From Dehalococcoidia bacterium (GTDB taxonomy: Bacteria; Chloroflexota; Dehalococcoidia; Lucifugimonadales; UBA3495): a DNA stretch of 64,000 bases. Numbering within the stretch: position 1 is the stretch's first letter; each line of letters starts with the position of its first letter. The translations under genes and the position numbers were made by a program. Below are positions 37,635 through 47,075 of the stretch, in pieces. The stretch covers positions 868 through 64,867 of the forward strand of contig JAKUQE010000014.1 of the NCBI GenBank assembly GCA_022450395.1, given 5' to 3'. The notes beneath the pieces are model-generated. The model saw nothing but the letters and a program-made list of their open reading frames with translations, was not told where the DNA came from and searched no databases.

Positions 37635-37672
37635 ATTAAATTCCCAGTATGCTTGCTTGGGGGAGCACGCCT

Positions 37673-38620
37673 ATGGAACTGCGGGAATTAGTTAGCTTTT
37701 ACCACGTCGCCCGCTTACGAAGTGTCTCAAGGGCCGCCAGGGCCTTGGAGTTGGGTCAGCCTACCGTTACTACCCACCTAAGGAAACTGGAGGCCGAATT
37801 CGGTATTACCCTCTTCGACCGGATCAAGAGGCCGATCCAGCTAACCTCCGAGGGCATCACGTTACTGGATCTGGTTACGCCGGTAGTTACCGCGGTTGAC
37901 ATTCTGAAAACCCAGATGGACTACTCGGAGCGGCTGGGCTCTTTCATGGTAGGCGCATACCAGGACCTGGTGATGCACCACCTGCCAAGGGGCATTCAGT
38001 TCTTCCGTTCCCAGTACCCGGATGTCCACATCAGACTCATGGCCAGGGCCTACGCGCCATTGATTCAACTGGTGAAGTCCGGCGAACTTGACCTGGCTTT
38101 CTGCTCTCCGCCGCCATCCGACGAGCCGTCCCTGGAATTTCAGGAACTGTTCGAATACAACGTGGTTCTGATGACGCCGCCGGGACATACCCTATTGGAG
38201 CGTCATCCCATCCAGTTGCAGGACATAGCCGAGTGGCCGTTGATCCTAACCGGACCGGAAAGCTTGACCAGACAAAAAGTAGAGCAGTCCTTGAAAAGTC
38301 AGGGTATTACCTACGACGTCGTCCTGGCGATGGACGATACTGAATCCATCAAACGGTACGTCGAGATCGGCATGGGGCTGGCCATCTGCAGCGACTTCAC
38401 TCTTCACGAAGAAGACCACTACAAACTAGGAGTGGTCCGCCTGGACCATATCTTCCAGTCTTCTGTCATAGGGGTATGCACGTTAAAAGGGAAATTCCTG
38501 GGCCGCGCGGTGAGGAATTTCATCGACACTATGTCGGACCAGATGCGCGGTTTCCACGCCGAGTTGTTGGACTGGGGCTATGAAACTCAGGAGTCCGCGC
38601 CCTCTGGGGAAGCGGATTAA
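37673..38620 (+). CDS. LysR family transcriptional regulator
   Basis: MELRELVSFYHVARLRSVSRAARALELGQPTVTTHLRKLE (wHTH) plus a substrate-binding domain. GGGGGAG lies upstream of ATG 37673. Confidence 0.9.
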   Translation: MELRELVSFYHVARLRSVSRAARALELGQPTVTTHLRKLEAEFGITLFDRIKRPIQLTSEGITLLDLVTPVVTAVDILKTQMDYSERLGSFMVGAYQDLVMHHLPRGIQFFRSQYPDVHIRLMARAYAPLIQLVKSGELDLAFCSPPPSDEPSLEFQELFEYNVVLMTPPGHTLLERHPIQLQDIAEWPLILTGPESLTRQKVEQSLKSQGITYDVVLAMDDTESIKRYVEIGMGLAICSDFTLHEEDHYKLGVVRLDHIFQSSVIGVCTLKGKFLGRAVRNFIDTMSDQMRGFHAELLDWGYETQESAPSGEAD

Positions 38621-38644
38621 TCACCAACCGGCCAAAGGCGCCCA

Positions 38645-38875
38645 CTAACTCCCGCTGGTTACGGCATCTCCGAAATCCAGAGGCTCCCGGGTCCGTGGAA
38701 TGACTTCCTTGACCCGCCGCTCCATCAATGACCTGGCCAACATTAGGCGGCGGTGGCATTGCTGGCAGGTTATCCCGATGTCCGCCCCCAGCCGGGTCAC
38801 CAGCCACAGGTGATTGCCACAGGGATGGGCCTTCTTCATCCGCACCACGTCTCCCACCTTCAGGTCTAATGCCAT
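38645..38875 (-). CDS. DUF951-like small protein
   Basis: LKVGDVVRMKKAHPCGNHLWLVTRLGADIGITCQQCHRRLML matches the DUF951 pattern. Overlaps the pyrF end by 10 nt. Confidence 0.7.
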   Translation of the reverse strand: MALDLKVGDVVRMKKAHPCGNHLWLVTRLGADIGITCQQCHRRLMLARSLMERRVKEVIPRTREPLDFGDAVTSGS

Positions 38876-39702
38876 CCCTTTCCCTCGGCCTCCAAGATCC
38901 GGTTGATAGAGTCCCGCAGGCTTGCTGCCTCCCGGGCAGCGACTTGAGCGAAATCAGGACCGCTGGAAGCGTAGATAATCCCCCGCGACGAGTTTATCAA
39001 TGCCCTCCGCCCTCGTTCATCCGTACCCAAACGGACGGCCTCCTCCAGGTCGCCGCCCTGGGCGCCAACCCCCGGTATCAGCAGGGGCATGTCCGGGCAG
39101 ATGCGGCGGACTTCCGCTAACTGTTCCGGGTTGGTGGCTCCCATCACCAGACCCACGTTGCTCTTATCGTTCCAAGACGCGGCAGACCGAGCCAGATGGC
39201 TATACAGCGGCCTCACGCCCTCCGGTCCGTCCACGGTTAGGTCTTGTAGATCGGCCGAGCCGGGATTGGAGCCTCGGCACCAGATGAACACTCCCCGGCC
39301 GGGATCTTCTAAAAAGGGAGCTACGGTGTCGTGTCCGCCCCAGGCATTGACGGTTACCACGTCAAAGTCCCAAACCTGAAACATGGCCCGGGCATAGGCC
39401 GCGCCGCTGGGTCCGATATCGCCCCTTTTGGCGTCGCCGATGATGACGGCCAGGGGCGCGTTCCGGCGGATGTACTCCACGGTTCCTTCCAGGGCCTTCA
39501 ATCCGGGTATCCCCAGCGCCTCGTAGAAGGCCAAGTTGGGCTTGTAGGCGCATACCAGGCCGGCGGTGGCATCGACGATAGCTCGATTGAAGTCCAAGGG
39601 GTCGGCGACCGGCATTCGCTCCGGGTCAACGTCCAAGCCGACGCATAATAAAGACCGGTTGGCCTCGCACGATTGGTCCAGACGGTCGAGAAAGTTTGTC
39701 AT
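38866..39702 (-). CDS. pyrF: Orotidine 5'-phosphate decarboxylase (type 2, long form)
   Basis: LLCVGLDVDPERMP...KPNLAFYEALG...IGDAKRGDIG...VNAWGG. Confidence 0.9.
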   Translation of the reverse strand: MTNFLDRLDQSCEANRSLLCVGLDVDPERMPVADPLDFNRAIVDATAGLVCAYKPNLAFYEALGIPGLKALEGTVEYIRRNAPLAVIIGDAKRGDIGPSGAAYARAMFQVWDFDVVTVNAWGGHDTVAPFLEDPGRGVFIWCRGSNPGSADLQDLTVDGPEGVRPLYSHLARSAASWNDKSNVGLVMGATNPEQLAEVRRICPDMPLLIPGVGAQGGDLEEAVRLGTDERGRRALINSSRGIIYASSGPDFAQVAAREAASLRDSINRILEAEGKGWH

Positions 39703-39795
39703 AACCCGGATTCAGCACCTCTAGCGGCAGATCAGGCCGGCATGCGGCCCGCTCCCGATATTATAGACCTGCCGTTCCGGCCGGGCACCTACTCA

Positions 39796-41040
39796 TCACG
39801 GGCAATCGTCATCGCCTTTCGCCAGACAGAACTGGTCGAATCGCACCTGCTCGTCGCGCAGATACTCTTTATTGTTTAGGCTCCGATAGATACCCCACTT
39901 GGGACGCACAAACTCAGCGCCGACCCGCCACACGTCTATATCTGGATCGTCGTAGATCAGCAGCAAGTCCCCGGTGCTCAGATTCCTGATCTCAAGGAAG
40001 TAACTTCCCTGATAGCCAAAGGTCACTCTCTCATAGGCTTCCACCCACACGCCCGTCAATGGCTTCAAGGGGACCTTGATGAGAACTGTACGATCGTCAG
40101 CGGAATCTCGTAGAGAGAGTTCCATCGTGTCGGGAGTTCCGGCCCGCGGGGTCAGCGTGATAAGTGGCGACGAGTCATCTCCTCCAACGGCTTTGAGCTG
40201 GTGGATATGAGTGAAATTGGGCGAGGGCTGAAACCCGTCACCCAGTTTGAATCTCCAGCGATAGGTAGTGGTGTCGCCGAGAAAGCCTTTCAGATAAGGC
40301 GGCGATTTATCGTAGGTCTTGATCTCGTTTCTTTGACGGTCGAAGGTCTTGCACCGGTCGTTGTCAGGTTCGACGTGGATATGAAAGACGAAACTGTGCT
40401 TCCCCAGTCCGTCATCCCATTCCTGGGTGATGTGTGGGCCGAAGTCAGGGTGAGCGCAATCAGGGATTTCGATGGGGTTTCCTCCCAGAACGCCGGAGAT
40501 CAGTGCATAGGTCTCCGTCACGCCATCCGCAACTAGATGTACTGCCTGGCCGGTGCCCCTGATGGGCGTGGGAAGTGGCGCTGATGTAGCCGTTGGGCCT
40601 GGGAAGGCCGTTGGTTGCGCGGTGGGCGTTGGGCTTGGAATAGGAGTTAACGTAGGTGTAGGCATGGACGTAGGCGTGGGGGTGGGCTCGGGCGTGGGGA
40701 CAGCGGTAGGTTTGAGCGTAGGCACGGGGGTGGGTGCCGGAGTAGATGTGGGTATTAAGGTAAAAACGGGTATCGCCGTGGGGGTTGGAACAGGAGTCGG
40801 GATTGCGGCAGGACCGGCGGCCGGTGTCGGCGTTGGAGCAGCGGTGGGAACGGGCACAAGACTGGGTACTGATCGTAGAGTTTCGACAGGAGTGGGAAGC
40901 GATGTAGGCGCTGCCGTGCTTGCCGGCGATTCTATTCTGGTGACAATCGGCGAGGGTCTCACAACCTCCTGTCCAACGCACGCGATCAGGAAAAGCCAGG
41001 CCGCCGCGAAAGCCCAACAGGCTAGACGATCTAAACGCAC
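39796..41040 (-). CDS. Lipoprotein with a Pro/Thr linker and a C-terminal polysaccharide-lyase-like / concanavalin-like domain
   Basis: GTG start and lipobox LIAC. The C-terminal domain (FDRQRNEIKTYDKS...TTYRWRFKL...FTHIHQLK...KWGIYRSL) resembles the heparin-lyase-I-like Polysacc_lyase family. The family call is from memory only. Confidence 0.6.
   Translation of the reverse strand: MRLDRLACWAFAAAWLFLIACVGQEVVRPSPIVTRIESPASTAAPTSLPTPVETLRSVPSLVPVPTAAPTPTPAAGPAAIPTPVPTPTAIPVFTLIPTSTPAPTPVPTLKPTAVPTPEPTPTPTSMPTPTLTPIPSPTPTAQPTAFPGPTATSAPLPTPIRGTGQAVHLVADGVTETYALISGVLGGNPIEIPDCAHPDFGPHITQEWDDGLGKHSFVFHIHVEPDNDRCKTFDRQRNEIKTYDKSPPYLKGFLGDTTTYRWRFKLGDGFQPSPNFTHIHQLKAVGGDDSSPLITLTPRAGTPDTMELSLRDSADDRTVLIKVPLKPLTGVWVEAYERVTFGYQGSYFLEIRNLSTGDLLLIYDDPDIDVWRVGAEFVRPKWGIYRSLNNKEYLRDEQVRFDQFCLAKGDDDCP
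40546..40935 (-). repeat. Pro/Thr-rich low-complexity linker coding region
   Basis: PTPTPAAGPAAIPTPVPTPTAIP...PTPEPTPTPTSMPTPTLTPIPSPTPT. Same style as 10195-10860. Confidence 0.7.
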
Positions 41041-41240
41041 TCTACAGCCTCGAGAATGATCATCGGAGGTATTCTGGCACGCCTGGTTCCTTATCCATGA
41101 TACGGAACCCGAAGGATTTCTCTGTGAGAATTCAGGCCTGTTGCTGGCCTAATCGGAGATTGGTAACATTGTATCCAATCTATAATCCGTCCGCCCAGGG
41201 TGCCCGTACACAACAAGGGCAGGGGCATTCGAGGCCATTT

Positions 41241-41930
41241 ATGCAGCTTGGTCCCGGCCTGGTGGAGGGCCGCTTCCTAACCCGGCTAAACCGGTTCGCG
41301 GCTCTGGTGGAGATTGACGGTGAGCAGGTTATGGTGCATGTTGCCAACTCCGGGCGGATGCACGAGCTCTTTGTGCCGGGATACCGGGTGCTCTTAAAAC
41401 CCCAACCCGGTGAGCACCGCAAAACTAAGTTCGATCTAGCTTTGGTGGACCTGGGTTTCTCCATGTGTTCCGCCGATTCCCGGCTACCCAATGCCCTGAT
41501 GGCGGAGGCCCTTGAGTTGGGGCGCCTGCCCCAGTTTGTTGATTATCCTAACGTTCGGCGTGAAGTCACATTCGGTGAGAGCCGTCTCGACTTGATGCTG
41601 GACGGTCCGGCCGGTAAATGGTACGTGGAAACCAAGTCGGTAACCTTGGTGGTCAATGGTGTGGGACTGTTCCCGGATTCGCCCACCATTCGAGGAGCCA
41701 AGCACATGAGAAGCCTGGAGCAGGCCGTGGCGGTGGGTCACCGGGCGGCGGCGGTTTTCGTGATACAGCGGGAGGACGCTCGGGCTTTCGCTCCCCACGA
41801 AACGGCCGACCCGGAGTTCTGCCAGGCGTTCCGCCACGCCTTGTCTGTTGGAGTGGAGGCATTTGCCTACAACTGCCGGGTGAGCGAAGATTCCATCGAG
41901 TTAGCCAACCTGTTGCCCTTTGAGATGTGA
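41241..41930 (+). CDS. sfsA: Sugar fermentation stimulation protein SfsA (nuclease-fold DNA-binding protein)
   Basis: GRFLTRLNRFAALVEIDGEQVMVHVANSGRM...FDLALV...VETKSVTL...GAKHMRSL. Confidence 0.85.
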   Translation: MQLGPGLVEGRFLTRLNRFAALVEIDGEQVMVHVANSGRMHELFVPGYRVLLKPQPGEHRKTKFDLALVDLGFSMCSADSRLPNALMAEALELGRLPQFVDYPNVRREVTFGESRLDLMLDGPAGKWYVETKSVTLVVNGVGLFPDSPTIRGAKHMRSLEQAVAVGHRAAAVFVIQREDARAFAPHETADPEFCQAFRHALSVGVEAFAYNCRVSEDSIELANLLPFEM

Positions 41931-42676
41931 TTCCTTTGGCCGCACGAAGACGGACCAAGAAACTCAAGTCACCGGTGCAAACGCCATCGGATCCAGCAGA
42001 CTTACCCGCCATATTGTTGGAGGTCCATCAACGGCTGTACCAGAGCTACGGTCCCCAGGGATGGTGGCCCGGCGACGGTCCGGCCGACGTGATAATCGGG
42101 GCCATCTTGACCCAGGCCGCGACTTGGTCCAACGTAGAGATGGCCATCGCCAATCTCAAACAGGCCGGTTGCTGGTCTCTAGAAGCAATAGATAACCAAC
42201 CGGAAGAAGTGCTGGCCGAGATCATACGCCCGTCCGGCTACTTCAACGCCAAAGCTCGAAAACTCAAAGCCTTTGCCCGCCACCTTCAAGTCAACCACGC
42301 CGGCGATCTGGACAAGATGTTGTCCCAGGAGACCGGCCCTCTGCGCGACGAGTTGCTGTCCATCCACGGCATCGGACCGGAAACCGCCGACGACATCGTC
42401 CTCTACGCCGCCGGGAAACCCTCTTTCGTAATCGACAGCTACACACGCAGGATAGTGCAGCGTCTGGGCATCGGCGGTGAGGAACCTTCCAAGAGCTACG
42501 ATAGCTGCCAGGCACTGTTTCACGACAATCTGCCCGCCGATGCACCGCTATTCAACGAATACCACGCTTTGCTGGACCGCCACGCCAAAGAGGCCTGCGC
42601 CAAAACGCCCCGCTGCCACGGCTGCTGCCTGCTGGACCTTTGCGACACCGGAAAACAGGCCCTGGCGTCCGATTGA
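41927..42676 (+). CDS. Endonuclease III domain-containing protein (HhH-GPD, Fe-S cluster)
   Basis: WWPGDGPADVIIGAILTQAATW...IHGIGPETADDIVLYA...C-terminal Cys cluster CAKTPRCHGCCLLDLC. Confidence 0.8.
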   Translation: MIPLAARRRTKKLKSPVQTPSDPADLPAILLEVHQRLYQSYGPQGWWPGDGPADVIIGAILTQAATWSNVEMAIANLKQAGCWSLEAIDNQPEEVLAEIIRPSGYFNAKARKLKAFARHLQVNHAGDLDKMLSQETGPLRDELLSIHGIGPETADDIVLYAAGKPSFVIDSYTRRIVQRLGIGGEEPSKSYDSCQALFHDNLPADAPLFNEYHALLDRHAKEACAKTPRCHGCCLLDLCDTGKQALASD

Positions 42677-42857
42677 CCAGCACGTTGGCGCTCCCCTTGG
42701 CCGTGCCAATCATGGCCATGCTTTGGAGGCGGCTTACCGATGACGTTCCGCCGTCATGTGATTGATTTCCCGCTGGACATCCCGTGACCTCCAACGTAAC
42801 ATTCCACCATAGTCAACCGGAGAGCCTCAAACCATCGGACTCCCGGAAGCTGCAAGC

Positions 42858-45854
42858 ATGGTAGACTCTCGATCCACACAACCCCTCGGTAGCGTTTTCG
42901 TTGGCCGCCAACGGGAGATGGCGGAGCTTACCGCTGCCCTTGATGATGCCCTTTCTGGCCAAGGGCGTCTTTTCATGCTGGTTGGAGAGCCCGGCATCGG
43001 CAAGACCCGCACCACCCAAGAGTTGACGTCCTACGCCGAGCAGCAAGGCGTCCAGGTCTTTTGGGGCCGGTGCTACGAAGATGAGGGGACGCCGCCCTAC
43101 TGACCCTGGGTGCAGGCCATACGGTCGTACGTCCAGCAGGCCAGTGCGGAACAACTTATCGCGGAAATCGGCCGGGGTGCCGCGGTGATCGCCGATGTCG
43201 TTCCCGAGATACATGACAAGATCACGGAACTAAAGGCTTCACCGGCACTGGAGCCTGAGGCGGCCCGCTTCCGCCTCTTCGATTCCATCACAACCTTCTT
43301 GAAAAACGTGGCCCAAAGTCAGCCCCTTATGCTGGTGCTGGACGACCTCCACTGGGCAGACCGATCATCTTTACTATTACTGGAGTTCCTGACCCGAGAG
43401 TTGGGTGGCACCCGGATTTTGCTGGTGGGATGTTATCGTGACACCGAGCTTTCCCGGCAGGATCCCCTGTCAGAGGCATTGGCCCAGTTATCTAGAGAAC
43501 CGGTCTTTAGCCGCCAAGTGCTCCGCGGCTTGGGCCAAGATGAGCTTGGACAGCTCATCGAAGCCACTACCGGCGTCCAGCTTTCGCAGGAATTGACCGG
43601 CACCCTTTATGCCCACACTGAAGGCAATCCCTTTTTCATGACCGAAGTCATCAGGCTGCTTTCGGAAAGTGGGAAATTGACCGCCGAACACATCGGCACA
43701 CCCGAAGGAGTGAGAGTCCCCGCGAGTGTCCGAGAAGTAATTGGCCAGCGTCTCAACCGGCTGTCTGATCTATGTAATCAGGTGTTGACAACGGCTTCGA
43801 TCATCGGAAGGGAGTTTGAGTTTAAGCTGCTCAGTAACTTGATCGAGGACATCACCGAAGACCGAGTCTTGGAGGCCGTGGAGGAGGCCCTCGACTCCCG
43901 GATAATAGAAGAGCCGTCGGGTACGATCGACCGCTACCAGTTCAGCCACGCCTTGATTCAAGAAACTCTAGCGCAGGAGTTATCCACCACCCGCCGGGTG
44001 CGGCTGCACGCACGCATCGCCGATGCATTGGAAGGGCTTTACGGCGATGAAGCGGAGGCCCACGCTGCTGAGCTGGCGCACCATTACAACGAGGCCCAGA
44101 CACCAACCGGTTACACCAAACTGGTGCGCTACTCCCTCCTGGCGGGAGAACAGGCGCTGGCCTCCCATGCCTGGGAGGAGGCAATCACCCATTTTGAAAG
44201 GGGTTTGGTTACCCGGAACATATCTCTCTCCGGAAAGGATACAGCGTCCGATGCAGAGGCCGCTGCCCTGCTGTTCGGATTGGCACGGACCCAGGCCGCC
44301 ACAGTCGAACGGCATCAGCTGATGGATGTGCTTGTTATTTTAAGCCGCGCCTTTGAGTATTATGCCGAAGCGGGGAATGTCACCCAGGCGGTGGCTGTCG
44401 CAGCGTTCCCGATTACAGGTGTAGCGTGGTTAATCCCAGGTCGAAATGAGCTCATTGCTCGTGCCCTGACTCTGGTCCCGGCCGATTCCAACGAGGCCGG
44501 GCACCTCCTCTCGCTTTACGGTGGGATCCTTGGGTCTAGTGCTGACTACGAAGGCGCTCAACAGGCCTTGGACAAAGCGCTATCCATCGCCAGGCGAGAG
44601 AAGGACGTACCTTTGGAGGTGGAGACCCTGGGGCTTGTGTCTGGTTTGAACTTCCAACACCTCCACTGGCAAGAGAGCGTGGACTATGGGCTCCGCGCAA
44701 TCGAACTGGCCGCTGGTGATGAAAACACCTTTTCTGATCGCTTCAGGATCGTGGACACTTTGCTTCGCATGGGCGACCTTGATGCGGCCCGTCCTCATGC
44801 TGTGGAATACATGCGGCGCCGAACGGAGGAGCGGGGGACCTCACGGAGGAGTGCTAGTCTCGGATTGACACCAATCACGTATCTGTCGTGCTTGGAGGGC
44901 GACTGGAGAGCAGCCCGAGAATATAGCGAACGGGGCCTGGAACTATTACCCACAAATACACAACTCCTATTTCCCCGGATGATGTTGGAGTATGAGACGG
45001 GGGAGAGCGCCCAAGGAGAAGTGTACCTAGAGCGGCTCCTCGATACGACCGGGCGGCCGGGGCCAGACCGGGTGTTCGGGTTGGTAAGGGTGGCCATGGG
45101 AATACCAGCAGTAACCCGCATCACCGGTGTATCCGGCCGCTTGGATGTGGCCAAGGAAATGGCCGAGGTAGTTATCTCAAATCAATCGGTTCCCCCCGTT
45201 TACGCCATGCAGGCCAAAGTTGGCTTGGCCCTGCTGGCCGTGCAGCAGGCCGACCAATCTGCGGCGGCAGAGCATTATTCTTACCATCTAAGGCAGCGAG
45301 GCACGATGATACCAAACGTGTCATCAATCGACCGCCTCCTCGGCCTCCTATCTCGGACTATGTGCAACTCGGACCAATCGGTCAGCCATTTCGAGCACGC
45401 GCTGGCCTTTTGCCGCAAAGCGGGCTATCGGCCCGAACTGGCCTGGGCTTGCTGTGACTATTCGGATGCGCTCCTCGAGCGAAACGACGTGGAAGACCAC
45501 GCCAAGTCTATGGCCCTGTTGGATGAATCTTTGGCCATCTCCGCCGACCTGGGTATGCGCCCCCTGACCAAGCGGGTGAACGAACGCCTGGAACTGCTTC
45601 GGTCCCAGCCAAATGCCGCGCCAGCCTATCCCGGCGGCCTCACTGAACGAGAGGTGGAGGTGCTGCGGCTCCTCGCCTCAGGGAAGACTAATTCGGAGAT
45701 AGCCGAAGAGCTGGTTATCGCCGAAGCCACATCGCGAAGGCACGTGGCCAATATATACGAGAAGATCGGCGCCTCCAACCGAGCCGAAGCGACTAGGTAC
45801 GCCATTAGGGAAGGCATCCTGCCAGCGGAAGACAACCTAATCTCACCAGCCTAA
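42858..45854 (+). pseudogene. Large ATP-dependent LuxR-family (LAL/MalT-like) regulator interrupted by an in-frame TGA at 43101-43103
   Basis: FVGRQREMAEL...LVGEPGIGKTR (Walker A) ...YEDEGTPPY-TGA-PWVQAIRSY in a single frame. LVLDDLHWAD (Walker B), TPR-like middle and C-terminal LuxR HTH (LTEREVEVLRLLASGKTNSEIAEELVIAEATSRRHVANIYEKIG) follow. Confidence 0.8.
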
Positions 45855-46135
45855 GAGAACGACCTTTCGATCCCATCTGCTTCGGGGCGTCCCGATTCAC
45901 CCCGCAATCATCCCATACATCCTTCCGCCGCATGTGGCTGACATAGCGGCGCCCCTATCTCCTACACATTTCGGTCCATGTGGTCCGCCAAGTCCCCGAT
46001 TTGCCGTCTGTTACATCTGGTCATTTTGGTCGATGCGGGACTCTTTGGCCCGGCCTACCATGCGTCTGACACAAGAAAAACGCGTGAAAGCCATCGTGGC
46101 GGCCACACATCGAATCAGCCTTGCCCCAAAGTGAT

Positions 46136-46882
46136 ATGTCGAAGTCTTTAACATCACGGTTCAGGGATGATCCGCGTAGAGCTGGTGATCCCGTGCTTGA
46201 TCGGTTAGATCTCGAGGTCGGTTCAAACACTTCTGTCCTGGATGTGGGAGACGACGAAGGAAGATATGCCCTTCCTTTGGCTTTGCGTACTCGTTGGGTG
46301 ACGGTAGTGGAGCCATCAGCGGCATTGGGAGACTTACTTTTTACAGAGGCAAAGGAAGCGAATATCAAGAACATCTCAATCGTAAAAGGCCTCTGGGAGG
46401 AAGTCGAGGTTGATTCGGCGCAGGTAGTTCTCTGCGCCAAGGTAGTCTGTGGCGTAGCGGCCTTAGCGACTTTCGTACTAAAACTAGAATCCCACGCCAC
46501 GGACCGGGTCCTGATTCTAGCGGACATGGAGTCGCCGCAGGCGATATTCTCCCCTTTGTGGGAAGCCGTGCATGAGGAAGAGCGAATCAACCTGCCGGCG
46601 ATGCCGGAACTATTGAGCGCGCTGTGGGAACTGGACATTTACCCTGATTTGGAGATGTTTGAGCCAACCGCCCGTGAGATTGCCCCTAACCGTGAGACCG
46701 CTTTGGGAATGCTTCGACAGATGTTTCACGTCCTGACAGATACGGAGAAAGACCGGCGTCTTCAGGCGATCATGGATGAGCTAGTCATCCCAACACCCAA
46801 TGGCCTGGCTATCAAAGGAGCTGGGGTCCGGCGCCAGGGGCTTGTTTCTTGGCGGCCCAGGAAGAATAAACCCGCGAAATGA
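46136..46882 (+). CDS. Class I methyltransferase-fold protein with a degenerate SAM-binding glycine motif
   Basis: VLDVGDDEGRYALPLA (46235-46261) sits where VLDVGxGxG is expected. VTVVEPS follows as a post-I acidic motif. Confidence 0.5.
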   Translation: MSKSLTSRFRDDPRRAGDPVLDRLDLEVGSNTSVLDVGDDEGRYALPLALRTRWVTVVEPSAALGDLLFTEAKEANIKNISIVKGLWEEVEVDSAQVVLCAKVVCGVAALATFVLKLESHATDRVLILADMESPQAIFSPLWEAVHEEERINLPAMPELLSALWELDIYPDLEMFEPTAREIAPNRETALGMLRQMFHVLTDTEKDRRLQAIMDELVIPTPNGLAIKGAGVRRQGLVSWRPRKNKPAK

Positions 46883-47075
46883 TGGGGTTTCTGACCCATT
46901 CGTTCCAGTCCCGAAAGTGTCGAGTCCCAAATACCATACGCTAGAACCATCGGCGTTTTTGACCGTACCGATCCCATACTGTATATGCCGTGCTGGAAGG
47001 ATGGCTTCTCGTATCAGATCGTCGGACAAGCAACATAATTCACTATCAATCTGTAATAACGTTGGAGGTAAAACC

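Noticed and set aside
43101-43103. TGA in the LAL regulator as selenocysteine or Trp recoding
   Set aside because: Other genes in the window terminate at TGA (for example at 17929 and 23078), so TGA is a normal stop here. I see no SECIS-like hairpin immediately downstream, and Cys/Sec is not expected at this position. A nonsense mutation or a sequencing error is more likely.
46021-46638. 205-aa minus-strand ORF antisense to the methyltransferase-fold gene
   Set aside because: It is Ser/Thr/Ala-rich with no start context or motif. The plus-strand frame has a recognisable fold pattern and a better start context.
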